Virus record (IMG/VR): IMGVR_UViG_2534681835_000020
Length of the DNA stretch: 14,562 nucleotides
From: a virus
Lineage: Duplodnaviria > Heunggongvirae > Uroviricota > Caudoviricetes
Strand: one strand, 5' to 3'
In this document: positions 6,995 to 14,562 of the stretch, piece by piece
Numbering within the stretch: the stretch's first letter is position 1
Layout: each line of letters begins with the position of its first letter
Program-made: the position numbers and the translations under genes
Notes under the pieces: generated by a model
What the model saw: the letters and a program-made list of their open reading frames with translations, nothing else
What the model was told of the DNA's origin: nothing
The model's database searches: none

Positions 6995-7346
6995 CCCGCA
7001 TGTATTCACCTGATATTGCGTTGTCAGCGCCGCCAGTATCGCGCATAACAGCGCACTGACCGGGTAAACCGTAGCGCACGACCGTTGCGTTAGTATCACC
7101 GCCGCGCCGTATCTGGCGCGATTCATACACTGTCACCCGCTCAAGCAGTCCACCAGCAACCATGCTTTCCAGTGTGCGCCGGGTTGATTCGAGCTGGTGA
7201 CGCTTATCGAACGACACCATGCCATGAAGCAGGTAGGCCACACCCGACACATCGAACGGCGGCGCACCAATCTCACCAGTCACCCATTCGAGGTTATCCG
7301 GTTCAAAGTAGCTAAGTATCTCTTTTTTGCGACTGGTCATTCTCAT
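6987..7346 (-). CDS. Hypothetical protein (119 aa), convergent with the previous gene and overlapping it by 8 bp
   Basis: ORF with aagga upstream of the ATG; a possible winged-helix-like segment (RTLESMVAGGLLERVTVYESRQIRRGG). No confident family assignment. Confidence 0.45.
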   Translation of the reverse strand: MRMTSRKKEILSYFEPDNLEWVTGEIGAPPFDVSGVAYLLHGMVSFDKRHQLESTRRTLESMVAGGLLERVTVYESRQIRRGGDTNATVVRYGLPGQCAVMRDTGGADNAISGEYMRVS

Positions 7347-7889
7347 GGCTGGCTGATTCCTTATTGTGGGATAGCACTATCATACAATAAGTGGGTTAAA
7401 GGGAGAGCGTTACCGCCTGATATGCTGTATGAATAACAACCAAATTTCAGGGGCGGAAAAAGATATGGGGGTACTTTTGGGGGTATCTATAAAAAATGAA
7501 CAATAAAAAAGGCAACAAAAACAAAGCTTATCGCCTATGTGTATTGTTCCTATTATCCCATTTATATCAAGCAATTACGATTAAATCCTCTCTTTGTCTG
7601 CATCATGATTTTTTCCGTGTAACTCCATGTGTAAGTAATTTTCGTCAACATAAATCAACAATAGAGCATCCGTATCTCAGATTGGCTCAGTCTTGTTGAT
7701 TTTTTCATCTTGATGAAACAATATTTCTGATATTGATGTTGGACATTTGGGGGGGCAGCTTAGCAGGCCTGTACAGGTTGTTTCATTGATTATTGCTCTA
7801 TATGCCTGCCCTTTTAGATAGCCCTTTCCTGTCTACTTCCATCTATGGTGTAATCCCTTGCGAGATTAAGGTTTCTTTCGAGAGATAGT

Positions 7890-8549
7890 ATGGAATTATT
7901 CGAAAATTATTTGTCAGCGTTACCTAAAAAAAAGCGATTGAGTAAAGTCAAGTTGATTATCCTAAAGAGATTATGGGTTTCAGATGATTTTGATTTTCCT
8001 AAACCTTGGGTCCCATCGACAGAATTACTGGAATTGACAGGGCAAAAGTACTTCGATAGACGAACAAGAGAGTTGCGTGATGAACTAGGCTGTGATCTCG
8101 AAAGCTCGTACATTCCGGAATTCTCGGGACATGCTTGGCGGCTGAAATCAAGCATGATTGCCCCGCCAATGGAAAGGGAATATCTGACAGAATCACAACG
8201 ATCCAGTTTATTTTCTAACTGCAGCAATACATGTGCAACATGTGGTAAAACTGTTGCCGCTGGGGTCAGGGGGCTACAAGCGGATCACAAAATACCTTTG
8301 TCACGCGGTGGTGGAAATGAGTTAACCAATTGGCAAGCTCTTTGCCACAATTGCAACGTAGGTAAGAGAAGAGCATGTGAGGGATGTACTGAAGATTGTT
8401 ACACATGCTCATGGGCATTTCCTGAAAAATTTGGGATAACAACAATGCTCCATCTGCCAGAAGCTAGTTTAAGAAGAGCCCAACAACTAGCTGATGCAAA
8501 GGGTTTTTCTTTAGACGAAATCGTTGACTACGCAATACGCAAGCTTTGA
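7890..8549 (+). CDS. HNH-family endonuclease (candidate restriction endonuclease) with a Cys-rich zinc-binding region and a ribbon-helix-helix-like C-terminal tail
   Basis: 219-aa ORF with CATCGK ... LQADHKIPLSRGGGNELTNWQALCHNCNVGKRRAC, a classic HNH/beta-beta-alpha-metal motif with flanking CxxC pairs. The gene is AT-rich and convergent with a C5-methyltransferase gene. Confidence 0.8.
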   Translation: MELFENYLSALPKKKRLSKVKLIILKRLWVSDDFDFPKPWVPSTELLELTGQKYFDRRTRELRDELGCDLESSYIPEFSGHAWRLKSSMIAPPMEREYLTESQRSSLFSNCSNTCATCGKTVAAGVRGLQADHKIPLSRGGGNELTNWQALCHNCNVGKRRACEGCTEDCYTCSWAFPEKFGITTMLHLPEASLRRAQQLADAKGFSLDEIVDYAIRKL

Positions 8550-9597
8550 ACATCATTCGATTCCAGTGGTGATGCCAACTGTTTTTTTTCATTAGATCAA
8601 CCGCTTCGAGTGCTTTACGAATTTGCCTTCCTGTTGCTTCGGCAACAGGAGGAGGAAAAGCGTTACCTACTTGACGATAAGCAGCTGTTTTTTTCCCAGA
8701 GAATTCCCACCAGTCCGGGAAACCTTGGATTCGTGCAGCCATTCTCACCGTCAAACGAGGCATATTTTCAAGACCTGCTCGAATATTTCCGTCTCTTCCA
8801 ATATACCCAGTAAACCCCTTTTCAGGGCTACTATCAGCTATGGAATGCCCGTTGACTCCAAGCGCTTGCCAAGCTTTTTTGGCTCTCGTCGGTCCAAGGT
8901 CTGGACCTCCATGCTTATGGGAACCGCCAACAAGTGTAGGGGCTATATTGTTAGCGGCCTTTCTCCATGCCTCGGCTCCTTCCCAGCCACCCTGTGACAT
9001 TAAGTCAAAGAGAGCATCACCCACAGTCGGTGGTATCAACGTTTCACTCGGCCAACGAAAATGAGCGGAATACTTACCACGCAATGCAACTAAAAGAACT
9101 CGGGGACGAAGCTGAGGAACTCCGTAATCAGAAGCGTTATGAAGTTTCCAAAAGGTTTTATAACCCATTGCAGAGAAAGCATGATCTAGTTCTTGTCGGT
9201 ATTGTTTAAACTTTGGGTCTAATAAACCTGAAACATTTTCAATCATTACTGCTTTTGGCTTAATGATGTTCACAATTTTGAGCGCTGTTGGAAACAAATC
9301 ACGTTCATCATCTTTGCCTAGTTGTTTCCCTGCTTTTGAGAATGGCGGGCAGGGCACTCCCCCTGCGACCAAGTCAATATCAGAAAAATTATATGCAGTA
9401 TGTTCAGCAAAATGCTTAACGCAACCCTCTATGATATTTTCCCAACCTAAAGAATGGAGCTCATTGTTGAGGCGAAGAGTTTCGCAGGCAGCAGGATCAA
9501 TCTCGACGAGCGCGCGGTGAGTGAAGCCAGCGTTATGTAACCCTAGAGCTTGACCTCCTGCCCCTGCACAAATCTCTACAGATGTGTATTGTAACAT
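8464..9597 (-). CDS. DNA (cytosine-5)-methyltransferase
   Basis: 377-aa ORF with motif I EICAGAGG, motif IV GGVPCPPFS (catalytic Cys), motif VI ENV, motif VIII QLRPRVLLVA and motif X GNAFPPPVAEA. There is a ~50-aa tail after motif X, and the 3' end overlaps the HNH gene by 86 bp. Confidence 0.9.
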   Translation of the reverse strand: MLQYTSVEICAGAGGQALGLHNAGFTHRALVEIDPAACETLRLNNELHSLGWENIIEGCVKHFAEHTAYNFSDIDLVAGGVPCPPFSKAGKQLGKDDERDLFPTALKIVNIIKPKAVMIENVSGLLDPKFKQYRQELDHAFSAMGYKTFWKLHNASDYGVPQLRPRVLLVALRGKYSAHFRWPSETLIPPTVGDALFDLMSQGGWEGAEAWRKAANNIAPTLVGGSHKHGGPDLGPTRAKKAWQALGVNGHSIADSSPEKGFTGYIGRDGNIRAGLENMPRLTVRMAARIQGFPDWWEFSGKKTAAYRQVGNAFPPPVAEATGRQIRKALEAVDLMKKNSWHHHWNRMMFKACVLRSQRFRLKKNPLHQLVVGLFLN

Positions 9598-10197
9598 GTC
9601 ATTAAACCTGTATATAAAAACAGTTGTATGTTTATCTGATCAGAGACCATTACGCAACAAATTGTACAAAACAAGTAGTACCGTCGCTATTGAACCGGTC
9701 AGCTTAGTTACTTGATTGCTGAATGACAAGGCAATCTACAACTTTGTTTTGGAATCCTATATTTATCAAATAACTAACATTCGACAGTACTATTGGCATT
9801 CTCTTGATCAGACAGGCAGAATCTCATGTGGACTGAATAAAATGCCTTAGCTGAGTACGAAAAGAACTACTATCTGTTTACATGATTTTTTGTCCGTAAG
9901 ATGCATTGCGTCCGCTGTAAATAGCAGACGCATTCTGCAGAGAACAAATGAATAAGAAAGATTGGCACGCTGCTTGTGGAATTCAGCTTTGGCTTCGTCG
10001 CAACATGTCGGTTGTTTGTCGTGCTCGTAAGATATCTACGGTCTGAAGATAATGTGATTGCTCCCGCCTGCTCAACACTCTGTGATCGATACGAATCAGT
10101 TCGTACTTATCTACTAGGAAGTTGACTGTATCGGCTAAGGGGAATCCCGTTTTCAATATGTACCTTCATAACAGTGTCGTCAATGCGCTGCGTATCG

Positions 10198-10392
10198 TTA
10201 AGAGTCAGGCTGTAGTGTTTGTCCTGCAGGTATGTAACTAGGGGCTGTCAGACGGTTACAGAGGACTTCGCCACACGTTTTCGGAATATAGGTAAAATTC
10301 TCATCGTCGGTTATTCTGCGAATAAAAGAAATTAATTGCGGACGGGTTTTTCGCGGTACGTCACTGTCGTATGGCAGCCAGCGTATCTTGGT
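10198..10392 (-). pseudogene. Possible remnant of a CbtA-family toxin gene (open frame without a start codon)
   Basis: A 64-codon open frame directly after the antitoxin stop reads ...KTRPQLISFIRR..., which weakly resembles the C-terminal region of CbtA/YkfI-type toxins as recalled. No ATG and no N-terminal part. Confidence 0.25.
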
Positions 10393-10801
10393 TTATGCCC
10401 TGCTCCGTATTGTTATGTCGGTCGGTATGGCATAATGCAGTCCTAGCTTTTTCATCGCTGGCAAATGTACCAGTGCGAACCGAAGGGGGGATTCACCGAT
10501 CATCCTTTTCGCATACAGCGTGACGGTCTGCTGATGACGGGGATTCAGTTCACCGCTGGTGAACATGAGTTCCAGTTGTTTCATCAGCAGTGGAAAGGCT
10601 TGGTCCAGATGGTATGCATCCGCATCGCTGAACCGGCCTCTGATACCGGCGCGGTCTGCAAGGTAATGCAACTGATTGCCCTCCTGCACCAGACGGGCGC
10701 CAAAACGGGGTGTCACTGTCACGAACGGTGCAGGGCAGCCCCCACCAGGGGCGGTCGTGATTGTCGTCGGGATAATTTGTTTCATGGAGCGTGTCTGACA
10801 C
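10393..10801 (-). pseudogene. CbeA/YeeU-family antitoxin gene, frameshifted
   Basis: Frame A (GTG at 10801) gives MSDTLHETNYPDDNHDRPWWGLPCTV; frame B continues TVTPRFGARLVQEGNQLHYLADRAGIRGRFSDADAYHLDQAFPLLMKQLELMFTSGELNPRHQQTVTLYAK. The frame break coincides with ttcgtgacagtgaca (~10716-10725), which looks like a short tandem duplication; the C-terminus also diverges. Confidence 0.75.
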
Positions 10802-10880
10802 GATAAAATCCTCACAGAAAATCGGTTAAGAACGGTCAGGTAATGTCGATAATTCTGCTCATCAGAATGCCCTTACTGAC

Positions 10881-11102
10881 TCAGTTCAGAGTGACGCTCA
10901 TCAGCCGGACATACGGGCCAAAACTGTCCTTACGGCGTTCTGCAAACACGGCCAGCACACCGGGAATATTCTGCACTTCACGACCGGTATACGCCTTAGC
11001 ACTGCCGTGCCAGCGGTATTTGCCGGTACAGAACGGAAAAAGACGGGATGCAGGATGCTGTTGGTGAATACGCATGGCTTCACCACGGGTGATGATTTTC
11101 AT
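10881..11102 (-). CDS. YeeT-like small protein (DUF987-type)
   Basis: 73-aa ORF MKIITRGEAMRIHQQHPASRLFPFCTGKYRWHGSAKAYTGREV..., recalled as the YeeT family that sits between RadC-like and antitoxin genes in CP4-type islands. Confidence 0.75.
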   Translation of the reverse strand: MKIITRGEAMRIHQQHPASRLFPFCTGKYRWHGSAKAYTGREVQNIPGVLAVFAERRKDSFGPYVRLMSVTLN

Positions 11103-11170
11103 GGTGTGATACCTCTGAAGACAGAAGATAAAAGTGAAAACAGGTGTGATGTGGTGGTGACGGTGACGGG

Positions 11171-11647
11171 TTAAAGCAGACCATGTTCGGCAAAGGAGAA
11201 AACCTGGTTGCCACCAACTATCAGATGGTCCGGCACCCGGATATCCACCAGGCCCAGTGCCTGTACCAGACGTTCCGTGATAAGGCGGTCTGCCTTGCTG
11301 GGTGTGACTTCACCGGACGGGTGATTGTGTGCCAGCACCACGGCTGCGGCATTGTGGTACAGGGCGCGTTTAATCACTTCCCGGGGATGGACTTCCGTGC
11401 GGTTGATGGTGCCGGTGAAGAGGGTTTCACCGGCAATCAGCTGATTCTGGTTGTTCAGATACAGCACCCGGAATTCTTCACGCTCCAGTCCCGCCATGTT
11501 CAGAATCAGCCATTCCCGTGCCGCACGGGTGGAGGTGAAGGCCACGCCGGGTTCATGAAGATGGCGGTCCAGGGTTTTCAGGGCCCGCAGAATGAGGCTG
11601 CGCTCTCTGGTTGTCATTTCTCCGGGCAGAAAGGAAAGCTGCTGCAT
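11171..11647 (-). CDS. RadC-like JAB/MPN-domain protein (YeeS/YfjY/YkfG family)
   Basis: 158-aa ORF with the JAMM-type motif HNHPSGEVTPSKAD (HxHx7Sx2D). Confidence 0.85.
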   Translation of the reverse strand: MQQLSFLPGEMTTRERSLILRALKTLDRHLHEPGVAFTSTRAAREWLILNMAGLEREEFRVLYLNNQNQLIAGETLFTGTINRTEVHPREVIKRALYHNAAAVVLAHNHPSGEVTPSKADRLITERLVQALGLVDIRVPDHLIVGGNQVFSFAEHGLL

Positions 11648-11662
11648 TGTTCCGGCCCCCTT

Positions 11663-12148
11663 TCAGTCGATGATGCGCATAATGGCGTTGCATTCCGGAT
11701 GCTGCAGGGCGTAATCCCGCAGCCGGTAATAATGGACCGTCATGGCATAACACTCCGTACGACAGGCATGATGGCTGTACGTCATCAGACAGGCGGCAAT
11801 ACCGGCGGCTTCCGGGCTCATTTCAGCGCGGTTACCGTTCATGGCATTGAACAGTACCCATGTTTCTCCATCATCTTCATCCGGTTCTGGAGCCATAAAT
11901 GCCCCGCCGTTGTTCAGGGTGTACAGATTCCAGATACCACCACAGTAGTCTTCGCAAAGACGGTCCATCCAGCCGAAGATACGGGGCTCCAGGGTCACCC
12001 ACTGTGAAATGAGGCCAAAATGTTGCGGCCAGAAGCTGATGCGCTGTTCATCAGGGACGAGAGTAGCAACCAGCTGAGGTGGGTTATTCCCTGATGCAGC
12101 GGTTACGGAAACAGAAGGTGTGGTGGAATTATGCGTAACGGTTGTCAT
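11663..12148 (-). CDS. Antirestriction protein (KlcA/ArdB-like; YfjX/YafX family)
   Basis: 161-aa ORF ...FWPQHFGLISQWVTLEPRIFGWMDRLCEDYCGGIWNLYTLNNGGAFMAPE...; family recalled from CP4-type islands. Confidence 0.75.
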   Translation of the reverse strand: MTTVTHNSTTPSVSVTAASGNNPPQLVATLVPDEQRISFWPQHFGLISQWVTLEPRIFGWMDRLCEDYCGGIWNLYTLNNGGAFMAPEPDEDDGETWVLFNAMNGNRAEMSPEAAGIAACLMTYSHHACRTECYAMTVHYYRLRDYALQHPECNAIMRIID

Positions 12149-12239
12149 GAGATTATTCCTTATAAAAAGTAAATGAATGGAAGAATGCCCGGGGGAAGGG
12201 ACAGCCGTGAGTCAGGACTGCGCTTTCAGGGAAAAGGCA

Positions 12240-13058
12240 TCAGCGCATGCTCTCCAGCAGCGTTTCTGCCATCACCCACAATGCCCGGTTGAGCTTAATG
12301 TCGGTATCGATGCTGTGAATGGCACGGGTGTGGATACGTTTTCCTTTTGCACTGCGACCGGAAAGCCCGCCTTTCAGCATATTCTCCTGGATGGTCTGAT
12401 AAGCACTCCACAGGTCCTTACCGTAATCCTCCCTGCGTCGTGGTGTCAGAATGTCGGCGGTGGTGACGGGCTGATGTTCGTCACCATAACGGTAAGTCAG
12501 TGCCGCCTGTGCCAGCGCCTGGCGTGCCGGTGGCGGCAGGACCAGCGACTGCATGGCATCACGCTTCTCCTCTATCCGGTCAAACACACCCACCACCTCG
12601 TAAGCCCCTTCAATGACTCTGTCCACCACATTTCCCCGGTGCGGAACACGCACTTCCCCCAGAGACTGACCACAGACGCAGCCGTTCTGGCAGACGAATC
12701 TGAAGTAACCCGGCAGCATCTGGTAGCTGGAGGTACCGTCATGGGAGTTGAGCAGAATAATTTCAGGGACATGTTGTCCGTTTATCTCCCCGTCACGGCG
12801 CAGACGCAGCATGTGTTTGGTATACCCCCGGCGGCCCGGGTCACGTACGCGGGTCTGGCAGGCGAAGAATGGCTGAAAGCCTTCCCGCTGCAGGCTTTCC
12901 AGCACTGTGATGGTGGGGATGTACGAATACCGTTCACTGCGGGAGGTATGCCGGTCTTCCCCAAAAATGCTGGGAACATAGTGCATCAGTTCTTCATGGG
13001 TCAGTGGGCGGTCACGGCGTATCTGATTAATCCGTCCGAAGCGACTGGCTAATCGCAT
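12240..13058 (-). CDS. DUF932-family protein (YfjQ/YafZ-like)
   Basis: The ORF track extends to 13118, but the Met at 13058 (MRLASRFGR...) is preceded by aaggag and gives ~272 aa. The longer extension would run through a terminator hairpin. Confidence 0.8.
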   Translation of the reverse strand: MRLASRFGRINQIRRDRPLTHEELMHYVPSIFGEDRHTSRSERYSYIPTITVLESLQREGFQPFFACQTRVRDPGRRGYTKHMLRLRRDGEINGQHVPEIILLNSHDGTSSYQMLPGYFRFVCQNGCVCGQSLGEVRVPHRGNVVDRVIEGAYEVVGVFDRIEEKRDAMQSLVLPPPARQALAQAALTYRYGDEHQPVTTADILTPRRREDYGKDLWSAYQTIQENMLKGGLSGRSAKGKRIHTRAIHSIDTDIKLNRALWVMAETLLESMR

Positions 13059-13080
13059 AATTAACTCCTTATCTGATAAT

Positions 13081-13123
13081 GAAATAAAAGCAAAAAGGCC
13101 ATGTCCCCGGAGGAACATGGCCT
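13081..13123 (-). terminator. Intrinsic terminator on the minus strand (9-bp stem AGGCCATGT/ACATGGCCT followed by a U-rich tract)
   Basis: Plus strand aggccatgtccccggaggaacatggcct at 13096-13123; on the minus strand the hairpin is followed by tttttgcttttatttc. It lies downstream of the 13148..14086 gene. Confidence 0.5.
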
Positions 13124-13147
13124 GATGGAATATATTATTGCTGATGA

Positions 13148-14086
13148 TTAATGTTGCTGATTTTTCTCTTTAACTTTTGACCATGAGGGGCGTCGGTTGC
13201 CGGAAAATTCCTTCTGCATTGACCAGTAACCAATCGGGAACTGCTTCACCAGCACCCCGTTGATACCAATATCGACGGACAGATACTGACCGTTGTTGAT
13301 GCTGCCCTTGCGGATGTACGCATCCGCACTGCAGGTGCCGGTATCATACTGCCGCCATGTTGCGGTATCGCGGGCGGCAACATAAAAATCACCGAAAGCA
13401 CAGCCCGTTGCTGACTTACGATTCAGAACGGCAACGTAATACTTAGTGTTGGCTATAATGGCGCAACTGCTGCTCTGACCGCCGCAGACCTGCCATAACG
13501 TTTTGCTGCTGTCACCCTTAAAGGTCCAGATAGTGTCTGCCGGTGCGCCGTCTGTATGTGTTACTGGCAATGCCGGAGCCTGCTGCACTGGTGTAACGTC
13601 GGGTACGTCGCGGCGTAATAGTCGTGCTTCAGCATCCCCGACATCGCCAAACATGTTTTCCTCTCCGCTGTTGTAATAAAAACCGGCAATAACATGTTCT
13701 GAGGGGATATACAGTATTTTCAGATAATGGTCACCGCAATTACCCCGCTCACAGACAGACCCCAGCAGCCACTTCTCGTCACCAACGACCACCGGAATTA
13801 ATCCACTGTCAGGGCCGTTCATGGAGCCCTGTTTTCCCGTTAACCCGGTGAGTCCTGCTGACTTCAGCGCATCATCAAGGTCTTTCTTGAATACCGGGTC
13901 GGCATCGTAGATACTGCCCAGAAAGGGGCAGGAACCGTATCCGTTTTCATTATCACCAGCATCAGGATCACAGCGCATTGCATCTGCTGCCGTTTTTGCG
14001 ACACCGGCAGCGTAAACTCCGGTGGAAATAAAACAAAGCGAGGATATCAGTATTATCTGTTTTAATTTACGTAATACAAGAAACAT
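13148..14086 (-). CDS. Secreted/periplasmic Cys-containing protein with N-terminal signal peptide (YfjS/YafY-like, tentative)
   Basis: 312-aa ORF with N-terminus MFLVLRKLKQIILISSLCFISTGVYAAG (hydrophobic core, then an Ala-x-Ala-like site) and multiple Cys residues. Confidence 0.6.
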   Translation of the reverse strand: MFLVLRKLKQIILISSLCFISTGVYAAGVAKTAADAMRCDPDAGDNENGYGSCPFLGSIYDADPVFKKDLDDALKSAGLTGLTGKQGSMNGPDSGLIPVVVGDEKWLLGSVCERGNCGDHYLKILYIPSEHVIAGFYYNSGEENMFGDVGDAEARLLRRDVPDVTPVQQAPALPVTHTDGAPADTIWTFKGDSSKTLWQVCGGQSSSCAIIANTKYYVAVLNRKSATGCAFGDFYVAARDTATWRQYDTGTCSADAYIRKGSINNGQYLSVDIGINGVLVKQFPIGYWSMQKEFSGNRRPSWSKVKEKNQQH

Positions 14087-14105
14087 GATTATTTTTACTC
14101 CATCC

Positions 14106-14141
14106 TGTTTATATAAAAGAAACGGGCTCCGTGAAGAGCCC
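14106..14141 (-). terminator. Intrinsic terminator on the minus strand (GGGCTC-N6-GAGCCC hairpin followed by a U-rich tract)
   Basis: Plus strand gggctccgtgaagagccc at 14124-14141; on the minus strand it is followed by gtttcttttatataaa. It lies downstream of the 14152..14562 gene. Confidence 0.5.
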
Positions 14142-14151
14142 TGTAAAAAAT

Positions 14152-14562
14152 TTAAAAGTCAATGGTATTAAGACCGACATTCTTTTTGATGGAGGGATCG
14201 TAAATAACAACGGTAAGATGGTCTTTGTCTGAAGAACGGACAAACTTAGCGGTGGCCTCACCACTGCATGTTGCATGACGGTTATAATCCATCATTTTAC
14301 CTTTGCTGGTAGCAAGATTGACAACGATGATATAAGGATCATAACAGGCCGAACCTCCCGGACTGCTCAGCAAGGCATATTTGCCATCATCAGAGACACC
14401 AATGAGGCTGCATATCCCGTCTTTTACATCCTCACTTCCGCACATCTGCTCACTTCCATCTTTCACATCAATCACAGTACGGGGTAATTTAACCTCTGTA
14501 GCATTAACTGATGCACTCAACAACAAACCTGAAACTATTAATGACAATATAAACGCTTTCAT
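14152..14562 (-). CDS. Small secreted protein with signal peptide (YfjT-like, tentative)
   Basis: 136-aa ORF with N-terminus MKAFILSLIVSGLLLSASVNATEV. The start codon is the last three bases of the window. Confidence 0.6.
   Translation of the reverse strand: MKAFILSLIVSGLLLSASVNATEVKLPRTVIDVKDGSEQMCGSEDVKDGICSLIGVSDDGKYALLSSPGGSACYDPYIIVVNLATSKGKMMDYNRHATCSGEATAKFVRSSDKDHLTVVIYDPSIKKNVGLNTIDF

Noticed and set aside
7496-7699. ORF encoding MNNKKGNKNK... upstream of the HNH gene as a possible controller protein
   Set aside because: Low-complexity sequence with no helix-turn-helix pattern, in an AT-rich region where open frames arise by chance.
8610-9520. Plus-strand ORFs antisense to the methyltransferase (8610..8813, 8623..8997, 8840..9064, 8967..9209, 9263..9520)
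   Set aside because: They lie entirely within the methyltransferase coding region on the opposite strand; no supporting signals.
9947-10045. 32-codon plus-strand ORF (MNKKDWHAACGIQLWLRRN...) in the ORF-free region
   Set aside because: Too short, weak ribosome-binding site, no motif; cannot be supported from sequence alone.
11183-13052. Long plus-strand ORFs 11183..12007 (274 aa) and 12177..13052 (291 aa)
   Set aside because: They are antisense to the conserved RadC-like, antirestriction and DUF932 genes; their products are low-complexity and Gly/His/Cys-rich with no motifs, typical of GC-rich antisense frames.

Overview
This 14.6 kb window reads as the integrase-proximal part of a decaying Enterobacteriaceae (E. 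coli/Shigella-like) genomic island of the CP4/P4-integrase type; the attachment tRNA is not in the window. All family names are from recall of protein motifs, not from a search. Left to right: a P4-family tyrosine integrase with a frame break in an A-run; an IS3-family element (IS629-like, 1312 bp, inverted repeats, 3-bp AAC target duplication) that splits an unknown gene; a convergent AT-rich four-helix membrane protein gene; a ~500 bp non-coding block carrying a repeat family with a GTACGCGCGCG core; a two-gene unit (ribbon-helix-helix-like protein plus 73-aa tail-anchored membrane protein) next to an iteron-rich control region; a PerC-like regulator; a PRiA4_ORF3-like protein; a convergent HNH endonuclease / C5-cytosine methyltransferase pair whose 3' ends overlap by 86 bp; and, on the minus strand, a CP4-type module (DUF932, antirestriction, RadC-like, YeeT-like, frameshifted CbeA-like antitoxin, toxin remnant) followed by two secreted proteins. 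The most promising candidates for something undescribed are the HNH/methyltransferase pair, the ribbon-helix-helix plus small membrane protein unit with its repeat operator, the isolated AT-rich membrane protein, and the GTACGCGCGCG repeat family. None can be assigned a function from sequence alone.
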